27,574 nucleotides of DNA from Candidatus Bathyarchaeia archaeon (GTDB lineage: Archaea > Thermoproteota > Bathyarchaeia > Bathyarchaeales > Bathycorpusculaceae): positions 1 through 27,574 of the forward strand of contig JAVZLM010000010.1 in the NCBI GenBank assembly GCA_038883775.1, given 5' to 3'. The position numbers and the translations under genes were made by a program. Positions 1 to 6,837 of the stretch are shown here, piece after piece; positions within the stretch are counted from its first letter, which is position 1; each line of letters starts with the position of its first letter. Below the pieces are notes generated by a model, which saw only the letters and a list, made by a program, of their open reading frames with translations, searched no databases and was not told the origin of the DNA.

Positions 1-55
1 CTGCGAGACGCTTAAACTCGCTCCAGCTTCTGATTTTAACAACGCCCTCGCTCAT
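1..55 (-). CDS. 5' end of a hypothetical protein running off the left edge (MSEGVVKIRSWSEFKRLA...)
   Basis: ATG at 55-53 on the minus strand, open to the window edge, with an AT-rich TTTAAATA promoter-like tract about 35-40 nt upstream. Only 18 codons visible. Confidence 0.55.
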   Translation of the reverse strand, partial: MSEGVVKIRSWSEFKRLA

Positions 56-108
56 TCCAATCGCACTCAATCCTCAATGCCTAATTTATATTTAAAAAGT
101 TTTGAAGT

Positions 109-240
109 TTAAGGAAAGAGTTCTATTTCCTTTGTTTTCCCACATTTTACGCAAACAAGTTTCACGTGCGACTTGTCGTGTGTTAACCCTTCAGCTTTCC
201 ATTCATGTGCACATTCATTTTTTTGACTTTCATTTGTCAC
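109..240 (-). CDS. 43-aa putative zinc-finger microprotein (CxHxW...CxxCG)
   Basis: Manual translation: MTNESQKNECAHEWKAEGLTHDKSHVKLVCVKCGKTKEIELFP*. GTG start 7 nt after GGAGG (252-248). Below the ORF-track size cutoff. Confidence 0.7.
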   Translation of the reverse strand: MTNESQKNECAHEWKAEGLTHDKSHVKLVCVKCGKTKEIELFP

Positions 241-304
241 GTGTTTTCCTCCGAATAAAAATTCATATTTAAGAATTTAAATCTATTGTTTGCTTTGCAT
301 AACA

Positions 305-329
305 CTTATATATGTAACATTGTTACATA
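305..329 (+). promoter_or_regulatory. TATA box (CTTATATA) followed by a perfect inverted repeat TATGTAACA-T-TGTTACATA (311-329); putative PadR operator
   Basis: 9-bp perfect arms with a 1-nt spacer between the TATA-like element and the padR ATG (345). The ATGT...ACAT ends resemble PadR-family operators. Confidence 0.65.
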
Positions 330-344
330 ATTCCTGCGATAACA

Positions 345-731
345 ATGTGCGGTCCAAAAAATTGCGGTTGTTGGCACGACTATCCAGAACGGGGATGGAT
401 ACAATTCCTACTAATGAGAATACTCTACGAAAAACCAATGCACGGCTACCAACTCCTAGAAGAAATTGAACAACGAAGCAGCGGATGCCACAAACTAGAA
501 CCAGGCTCAATATACACGCTTTTAAGGAGAATGGAAGAAAGAGGCTTACTCGAGTCTAAATGGGAAAAAGTCGAAGGTGGACCAGACAGAAGAGTTTATA
601 GCCTAACAAAGAAGGGAATTGAAGCACTAAAAATGGGACTTGAATCCATTGTTAAGAGGAAGATGCTCTTCGACGATCTAGCAAAGTTTTATCATGAAAA
701 TTTTGAAAAAAGAAAAGGAGGTGAGAGGTAA
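345..731 (+). CDS. PadR-family transcriptional regulator
   Basis: Motifs PMHGYQL, PGSIYTLLRRMEERGLL and GPDRRVYSLTKKG. Cys/His-rich N-terminus MCGPKNCGCWHD. Confidence 0.95.
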   Translation: MCGPKNCGCWHDYPERGWIQFLLMRILYEKPMHGYQLLEEIEQRSSGCHKLEPGSIYTLLRRMEERGLLESKWEKVEGGPDRRVYSLTKKGIEALKMGLESIVKRKMLFDDLAKFYHENFEKRKGGER

Positions 732-926
732 ATGTGTAGATGTTATTGCAGCTGTGGAGCGGAAAGCCACCACGCACATCATGAACACAAACATGCGCAC
801 CATATGGGCTTACCATTTCCGTTAATGGATGTTGAAGAAGAAATAAAGATGCTCGAAGAATACAAGGAAGCTCTAAACAAAAGACTAGAAAAAGTAAACA
901 AGCGCTTAGAAGCCCTAAAACACTAA
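732..926 (+). CDS. Small Cys/His-rich protein with C-terminal coiled coil (DUF5320-like)
   Basis: SD GGAGGTG at 717-723 and ATG directly after the padR stop. CxCxCxC plus 8 His, then the heptad pattern EEEIKMLEEYKEALNKRLEKVNKRLEAL. Confidence 0.85.
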   Translation: MCRCYCSCGAESHHAHHEHKHAHHMGLPFPLMDVEEEIKMLEEYKEALNKRLEKVNKRLEALKH

Positions 927-987
927 GCACTTTGCATAGAACTTCTCGGTATCGCCTCCTTACAATCTTTTGAAAGGATGAAATGTC

Positions 988-1339
988 ATGAAGAGGGTTT
1001 TATTGTTTATTCGTCAGCGGGAAATTAGCAAAATCTTCCCATACGGCATTCAGCTTACTTTAAGGGATGATGCTTCCATAATTGATGCAATAAAAGCAGT
1101 TGACGAAGAAATAATAAAGAAAACTGGAAAATTTCCAGTTGAGAAGTATAAAAGCCTATTTCAAATGGTTTATCACCCCTACAAGAATAGGTTTTACAAT
1201 CAGGTGGCAGTCCACGCCCATGCAGAATCAAAATTTTTTAAACATAAGAGAGAATCCTTCAATGTCACTGCCAAACGGAACCACTATAATTTTGATTCCC
1301 GAGAATGATTGTCAAACGGATTGGGAAGAACCACTCTAA
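988..1339 (+). pseudogene. Frameshifted hypothetical protein, possibly beta-grasp (MoaD/ThiS/ubiquitin-like) fold
   Basis: ORF 988-1308 reads protein-like up to AESKF. The +1 frame continues LNIRENPSMSLPNGTTIILIP... to the stop at 1339. The junction is the T6 run at 1234-1239. Confidence 0.6.
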
Positions 1340-1361
1340 AGGATAAAAAGAGAAATTAAAG

Positions 1362-1622
1362 TTAGAGTTTCTTGTATACCACGTCCTTTTCTCTTACCCG
1401 CTGTGCAACTTTTAAGCCTATGCTTTGTCCAGCCTCAGCCCTCTGAACATTTTTGTGTTCAATCTGCATGGATTCCACAACTTGTTCAAAATCTGTTGTT
1501 GGTCCCTTAATGTGTATTGTGTCGCCCACAGCCAAGGGCGCCTTAAGTTCTATAACTGCAACGCTGATTTTTGAGAAGAAATGGGTTACGCGTCCAACTT
1601 CTACAAGGTTTTCTTCACCCAA
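1362..1622 (-). CDS. Stand-alone translation-elongation-factor domain-II-like (beta-barrel) protein
   Basis: VGRVTHFFSKISVA...L.VGDTIHIKG...VESMQIEH..V..AEAGQSIGLKV...VREKDVVYK. TTG start after GGAG. Confidence 0.85.
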   Translation of the reverse strand: MGEENLVEVGRVTHFFSKISVAVIELKAPLAVGDTIHIKGPTTDFEQVVESMQIEHKNVQRAEAGQSIGLKVAQRVREKDVVYKKL

Positions 1623-1667
1623 ACTTTTTCATCTCCAAACACAATTAAGCATATCCAAATAAATAAT

Positions 1668-2954
1668 TTACCCGAGTTTTTCAGCTTCCAAATAAGTTGC
1701 AAAAGCCTTAACCACTTTAACTTTTACAATTTTACCAAGCAAATTATCACCACTCTTAATAATTATTGGTTTGTAAGCTAAATTGCGCCCAACCCAAGAC
1801 CCATAAGCTTTACCAATCTCATCAACCAAAATTTCGCCACTCCAACCAACCCAATGCTGATTCTTCTCAAAAGCAACCGTTTTAGCTACATCAGCCACCA
1901 TGGTGCTTCTGCGCTTAATTTCTGGTTTAGGCACAGAATTTGTCATTTTAGTCGCAGCAGTCTTCGGTCTAGCAAAGAACTTTGAAACATTTACTATGTC
2001 AGGTTTAATCTCTTTGATTAGTTGTAGAGTTTTTTCAAAGGCTTCTTCATCTTCGCCTGGAAAACCGCAAATGACATCTGTGGCTAAGGTTAATTCAGGA
2101 AAGTTTTCCCTAAAAGTGTCCACTATTTTTTTGAAATCGGCGACGGAGTAAAATCTTCGCATGTTTTTTAGAATTTCGTCGTCTCCGCTTTGAACTGGCA
2201 GGTGAACAAATTTGAAAATCTTATCGTTCTTAAAGGCTTGAATTAAATTTTCAAGAATGCCTAAAGCCATGTTTGGAGTCATCATCCCAACACGAATCTT
2301 AAAGTCTCTTTCAACATCAGATAAAACCAAAAGCAGCTCAGCCAAGTTCGTGCCAATGTCCCTTCCATAACAAGCCGTATCCTGCGAAGTAAGCCAAAAC
2401 TCCCTAACGCCCACAGCCAAATCCTTTTTCACCCTTTCAACAATTTCTTGAACGCTATAACTTCTTAGATGCCCTCTGGCGAAAACTACGCAGCAGTAGG
2501 CGCATGAGCCTAAACAGCCATAGCTTATTGGAATTATGCTCACCACAGGATTCAAAAGAATGCGGGGAAGACTAAGGCTGGGTTTAGCGTTAACTGCTCC
2601 TTTTAAAGCTACAACCTTTTCACCCTTTAAGACACGGCCAACCACATTAACAATTGTATCGCCAGCGGCTGGACCAACAACCCCATCATAACGCACGTCT
2701 CTGGATAGTCTTTCGAAATTGATGAGGGGTAGGCATCCAGCCACAATCAACTTCTTATCTAGTGGAGTTCTCTTCAGAATTTCAATCATGCGATTTTCTG
2801 TAGGTCCCTTCACGGCACAAGTATTGATTATTAAAATGTCTGCAGCAAAAGGAGAATTCACAATTTGATATCCAGCCTCCGCTAAGCATCCAGCCAAAAC
2901 TTCGCCGTCAGCCAAATTTGTTGAACAGCCGAAACTCTTAACGAAAACCTTCAT
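1668..2954 (-). CDS. mtaB: tRNA t6A37 methylthiotransferase (archaeal/eukaryal MtaB, CDKAL1 family), radical SAM
   Basis: UPF0004 cysteines (FGCSTN, NTCAV, AGCLP), radical SAM CLGSCAYC, SQDTACYG, IRVGMMTP, HLPVQSG, and a C-terminal TRAM domain. Start moved to MKVFVK at 2954. Confidence 0.9.
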   Translation of the reverse strand: MKVFVKSFGCSTNLADGEVLAGCLAEAGYQIVNSPFAADILIINTCAVKGPTENRMIEILKRTPLDKKLIVAGCLPLINFERLSRDVRYDGVVGPAAGDTIVNVVGRVLKGEKVVALKGAVNAKPSLSLPRILLNPVVSIIPISYGCLGSCAYCCVVFARGHLRSYSVQEIVERVKKDLAVGVREFWLTSQDTACYGRDIGTNLAELLLVLSDVERDFKIRVGMMTPNMALGILENLIQAFKNDKIFKFVHLPVQSGDDEILKNMRRFYSVADFKKIVDTFRENFPELTLATDVICGFPGEDEEAFEKTLQLIKEIKPDIVNVSKFFARPKTAATKMTNSVPKPEIKRRSTMVADVAKTVAFEKNQHWVGWSGEILVDEIGKAYGSWVGRNLAYKPIIIKSGDNLLGKIVKVKVVKAFATYLEAEKLG

Positions 2955-3054
2955 AGCTTTCCATCGCAATACATTAAATGCTTTAAAAAGGAATAAAAAC
3001 ATAAAGGTTGCCGGCAGCCGGAATTTACAAAAATCTGAAATGCCTTCTAATAAT

Positions 3055-3111
3055 ACTTATAAGTGATGGAACGAACATATTTAAAGCATATTTAGAGATT
3101 AATATATATTA
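3055..3111 (+). promoter_or_regulatory. Divergent mtaB / cdrS-ftsZ promoter region with phased direct repeats and palindromes
   Basis: ACTTATAAGT palindrome (3055-3064); CATATTTA twice at an 11-bp period (3076-3083, 3087-3094) overlapping TATTTAAA; TAATATATATTA palindrome (3100-3111). Confidence 0.4.
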
Positions 3112-3161
3112 CTATAGCCTCAGCAAAGAATTTCTGTATCCCCTATGGAGGGAGAAAAGGT

Positions 3162-3317
3162 ATGAAATTGATTACGCTTTATCTTCCCGAACCTTATATT
3201 AAGGCGTTAGACCAGCTTGTGAATGAAAGGTTTTATCCGAATAGGGCTGAAGCCATTCGGGTCGCCATCCGCGATTTGATAAATGATGAGGTTGTTCGGA
3301 GGAAGAGGGTTGGCTAA
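3162..3317 (+). CDS. cdrS: Ribbon-helix-helix (CopG/MetJ/Arc) regulator, CdrS-like cell-division regulator
   Basis: Manual translation: MKLITLYLPEPYIKALDQLVNERFYPNRAEAIRVAIRDLINDEVVRRKRVG* (51 aa). RHH pattern (alternating beta strand, YPNRAEAIRxAIRDL), GGAGG SD upstream, overlaps the ftsZ start. Confidence 0.85.
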   Translation: MKLITLYLPEPYIKALDQLVNERFYPNRAEAIRVAIRDLINDEVVRRKRVG

Positions 3318-4425
3318 GGCTATTCCCAGCGAACATGCGCTTAAGTATACTTGGCATAACGAAGTAAGCGAAGTTCTTCCTCTTGGTCGCTGTCGCATAG
3401 TTGTTATCGGCGTTGGCGGAGCTGGTAACAATACGGTTACTAGGCTTATGGAGATGGGTGTTGTCGGCGCAGAATGCATCGCGGTGAACACGGATGCGCT
3501 TCATCTGAGCGTTTCAAGAGCTCATCAGAAAGTTTTGATTGGCGAAAAACTTACAAAGGGGTTAGGCGTTGGCGGAGACCCAAAGCTTGGAAGAGCAGCA
3601 ATAGAAGAATCCCGAAAGCGAATTGAAGATTTGCTTTCAGATGTGGATATAGCTTTTATAACGGCTGGTTTGGGCGGCGGAACAGGAACAGGTGCAGCAC
3701 CAGTTATTGCTGAAATTGCGAGACGGAAGGGAGCAATAACAGTTGGTGTGGTTACTACGCCTTTCCGCATAGAAAAGGGAAGGATAGAGTATGCAGCCAC
3801 AGCGTTAACTGAGATGCGGAGACAATGCGACACTGTTGTTGTTATAGATAATAATAAGGTTATGCAGCTTATGCCTCAACTACCAATAAACGAAGCCTTC
3901 AAAGTGGCAGACCAAGTTTTGGCAAACATGATTAAGGGAATAGTTGAAACAATCTCAGCGCCAAGTCTCATAAACCTCGATTTCGCAGATTTCAAAACAA
4001 TTGTCAAGCGGGGCGGGGTTGCCGTTGTAGGCGTAGGCGAATCCGACGCACCAAATAGAGCAGAAGAAGCCGTAAGGAATGCGCTTAGAAGTCCATTGCT
4101 AGATGTGGATTATATGGGCGCCACTGGAGCTCTAATTCACGTCACAGGCGACAGCCAAATGACAATTGAAGAGGCGAATCGCGTGGGCGAAATAGTGACG
4201 GAAATGATGGATGAAAACGCTCTAGTCATTTGGGGCGCAAGGGTAAACCCAGAACAAGATGGAAAATTAAAAGTCACATTGGTCATGACAGGCGTAAACT
4301 CGCCTCACGTCTTAAGCGGATTTGGAACAATTGCACCACAACTCTTCAACCTTGAGCCTTATGCGGAGCCAGAAAAACCACTAAACATAGAATTGAACCT
4401 TTACCAAATAGAAAAATTCCCATAA
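3310..4425 (+). CDS. ftsZ: Cell division protein FtsZ (FtsZ2-like)
   Basis: GVGGAGNN, AVNTD, tubulin signature GLGGGTGTG and T7 loop LINLDFAD. Probable TTG start at 3310 after GGAGG. The PFRIEKGR motif and upstream cdrS suggest the FtsZ2 clade. Confidence 0.97.
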   Translation: MAKAIPSEHALKYTWHNEVSEVLPLGRCRIVVIGVGGAGNNTVTRLMEMGVVGAECIAVNTDALHLSVSRAHQKVLIGEKLTKGLGVGGDPKLGRAAIEESRKRIEDLLSDVDIAFITAGLGGGTGTGAAPVIAEIARRKGAITVGVVTTPFRIEKGRIEYAATALTEMRRQCDTVVVIDNNKVMQLMPQLPINEAFKVADQVLANMIKGIVETISAPSLINLDFADFKTIVKRGGVAVVGVGESDAPNRAEEAVRNALRSPLLDVDYMGATGALIHVTGDSQMTIEEANRVGEIVTEMMDENALVIWGARVNPEQDGKLKVTLVMTGVNSPHVLSGFGTIAPQLFNLEPYAEPEKPLNIELNLYQIEKFP

Positions 4426-4436
4426 AACCTTCATTT

Positions 4437-5081
4437 TTATGAAAGTTTTCTCTTAAAAACTAAGATTTCCCTTTTAAGTCTTGTAATTAACGGTATCGCT
4501 TTGCCAAAGGGTTGGCATAACCCGTTACTTATGGATTTAACAATATTCTCTGCATCTGGCTCAGAATTCACTATGGTGTATGCATAACCTATTTCTGGAC
4601 CATAATGAGCATCGCTACCACCAACCTGTGCGATTCCGAAGTGAGAAGCAATTCTTTGACCTAGTTTTATGGAATGTTTGAAGGGGAAGGCTGAAGCGTT
4701 TACAACCTCCACAGCATCAAACTTTGCACTTACTCGCTCACCAAGGCTCCCTTTAAAAAACGATGTCGGGTGACATGCTACTGCTATACCGCCTAAGCCA
4801 TGAATTTTGTCTACGGTTTCATCAACGCTTAAGCCTTTTTGGATGGATTCTTGAATGTTAAGGGCGAGCACATGCCCATCTAAGCTTGAAATTTCTATTC
4901 CAGGAATAATGAGGAAGTTGGTTTCTTTAGCCATTTTTAATGCACAATCTATTACGTCATGGTCTGTTATGGCAACGCCATCTAACCCACGCTTTTGAGC
5001 GTAAAAGACAACTTCTTCTGGCTTTGTTATGGAGTCGTAGGAATAGTTTGTGTGAATGTGAATGTCTATTTTGAGTTTCAA
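4437..5081 (-). CDS. PHP-domain metal-dependent phosphoesterase
   Basis: DIHIHT.YS.DS, AITDHD, PGIEIS...GHVL, CHP, GGSDAH. Confidence 0.92.
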   Translation of the reverse strand: MKLKIDIHIHTNYSYDSITKPEEVVFYAQKRGLDGVAITDHDVIDCALKMAKETNFLIIPGIEISSLDGHVLALNIQESIQKGLSVDETVDKIHGLGGIAVACHPTSFFKGSLGERVSAKFDAVEVVNASAFPFKHSIKLGQRIASHFGIAQVGGSDAHYGPEIGYAYTIVNSEPDAENIVKSISNGLCQPFGKAIPLITRLKREILVFKRKLS

Positions 5082-5102
5082 AGCTTCACAGCCAATCTAT
5101 TT

Positions 5103-6794
5103 TTAAGTTCTCTTCAACTTTTCCCTAACATTCGCTAGCATTTCATCAAGCTCTTTTTCGCTGAACTCTATCTTCTTAAACAAAGGTTTGGCTTCACCTA
5201 TCTTATGTTTTGGTGGTAGCGGTTTTAGGGCTTCATCCCATTTCTGAGCGTGGACGCTTCCGGGCAAGTTTAGGGTTTTCCAAAGTTCCTCTGCCGCGAA
5301 GGGCATGAACGGTGCTGAAGTGATGGCTAGGGCTTTAACGATTTGGGCTGCCACATAAATTACGCTTAAGGATTTTTCCCTATCTTTTTTTATTAGTTTC
5401 CATGGTTCCTTCTCGTTTAGGTGTTGGTTTCCCATGCGGCTTATGCTTATAACATTGTTTGCTGCAGACTGCAAACGGCAATTTTCCAACTCTTTGCCTA
5501 TGGTTTCAACTTTCTCTTTAAGCGCCTTAAGAACTTCTTCGTCATCCTTTTCCAAGGTTTTTGGTTGTGGAACTTCGCCATTAAGCTGGGTGTTTATGAA
5601 AGTTAATGTTCTGTGGATGAAGTTGCCGAAAGTGTCGTTTAAATCTGAGTTTACTTTTTCTATGAAGAGTTCCCATGAAAAGTTTGAGTCTTTGGTTTCT
5701 GGTCTTGTTGCCATTAAATAGTAGCGCCAATAATCCGCTGGAAAAAGCTCTATGGCTTCATCAATGAAAATTCCTCTTCTTTGGCTTTTTGAAGCCTTTT
5801 CGCCGCCAAACTGTAGAAATTCTGTTGCTGAAACGTTCGATGGCAAATTGTAATCCTCACCAGAAGCCAGAAGCAGTGCTGGAAGAATTATTGTGTGAAA
5901 TGGTATGTTATCTTTTCCTATGAAATATAAGGTTTTGGCATTCTTGTCAAACCAATATTCTTTCCATTTTTCTGGTTCACCGCGGTTTCTGAAATATTCG
6001 ATTGTAGCTGAAACGTAACCCAAAACGGCTTCAACCCAAACATAAATTGTCTTGTCTTCAGCTCCTGGAAAGGGGGCTGGAATTCCCCAACCCACATCTC
6101 GCGTGACAGCTCTGGGTTTCAAACCTTCTTTTATTAGGTTTAGGCTGAAGTTTTTGGTTGTTGTCGGCAACTGTTCATTACTGCTTAAGTAATTGCTTAG
6201 TTTTTCGGAGAATTTTGAAAGGTCAAAATACCAGTGTCTAGTTGTTTTTGCCACTGGTTTTCCTTTACAAATAACACAGTAAGGCTCCAGAAGAAGCGTA
6301 GGCTCTAAAAGTCTTCCACAAGAATCGCATTGGTCACCGCGAGCCGACTCGTTTCCGCAGTAGGGGCATTTTCCTTCCACAAATCTGTCTGGTAAAAAGC
6401 GGCGGCAATTTTCGCAGTAAAGCATTGTTGTTTCTTGGACAAAAATATAGCCATTGTTAAATATTTTCATTAAATGTTTTTGGACAAACTCCTTATGCAC
6501 TGGGTTTTCTGTTCTTGTGTAGTTGTCGAATGATATCCCCCACTCCTTAAAAAGTGCAGCAACCATTGCATGGTTCTTATCTGTCAAATTTTTGGGCGAA
6601 ATGCCGAGCCTTATGGCTTCAACCTCTATTGGGGTTCCATGCTCATCCGAGCCACTGACCATCACCACTTCTTCGCCTTTCAGTCTATAATAGCGGGCAA
6701 CGACATCCGCGGACAAAACAGAACCGACTAAGTTTCCTATGTGGGGTGTAACGTTTATGTATGGCCATGCGGAAGTGACCAAAACTTTTCCGAG
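5103..6794 (-). CDS. metG: Methionine--tRNA ligase (short form, no C-terminal Trbp domain); start uncertain (6782-6800)
   Basis: VTSAWPY, PHIGN, GSDEHGTPI, two Zn knuckles, YVWVEA, IGKDNIPFH, and KASKS (KMSKS variant). Confidence 0.97.
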   Translation of the reverse strand, partial: LGKVLVTSAWPYINVTPHIGNLVGSVLSADVVARYYRLKGEEVVMVSGSDEHGTPIEVEAIRLGISPKNLTDKNHAMVAALFKEWGISFDNYTRTENPVHKEFVQKHLMKIFNNGYIFVQETTMLYCENCRRFLPDRFVEGKCPYCGNESARGDQCDSCGRLLEPTLLLEPYCVICKGKPVAKTTRHWYFDLSKFSEKLSNYLSSNEQLPTTTKNFSLNLIKEGLKPRAVTRDVGWGIPAPFPGAEDKTIYVWVEAVLGYVSATIEYFRNRGEPEKWKEYWFDKNAKTLYFIGKDNIPFHTIILPALLLASGEDYNLPSNVSATEFLQFGGEKASKSQRRGIFIDEAIELFPADYWRYYLMATRPETKDSNFSWELFIEKVNSDLNDTFGNFIHRTLTFINTQLNGEVPQPKTLEKDDEEVLKALKEKVETIGKELENCRLQSAANNVISISRMGNQHLNEKEPWKLIKKDREKSLSVIYVAAQIVKALAITSAPFMPFAAEELWKTLNLPGSVHAQKWDEALKPLPPKHKIGEAKPLFKKIEFSEKELDEMLANVREKLKRT

Positions 6795-6837
6795 CTTTAT
6801 GCACCTCCAACTTATATGAAGATGTGAGTCCTATTAC

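Noticed and set aside
156-176. ACAAGT...ACTTGT inverted repeat around CACGTG
   Set aside because: It lies inside the 43-aa Zn-finger ORF; a 6-bp stem is explained by chance.
1237-1243. TTTAAAC resembling a -1 slippery heptamer
   Set aside because: It is not phased with the upstream frame, and joining the ORFs needs a +1 shift, not -1.
3145-3165. Six-codon uORF (MEGEKV*) whose TGA overlaps the cdrS ATG
   Set aside because: It consists mainly of the SD sequence itself, and there is no independent support.
3283-3309. ORF-track N-terminal extension of FtsZ (MMRLFGGRG)
   Set aside because: It is an alternate frame of the cdrS 3' end containing the SD; TTG 3310 is better placed.
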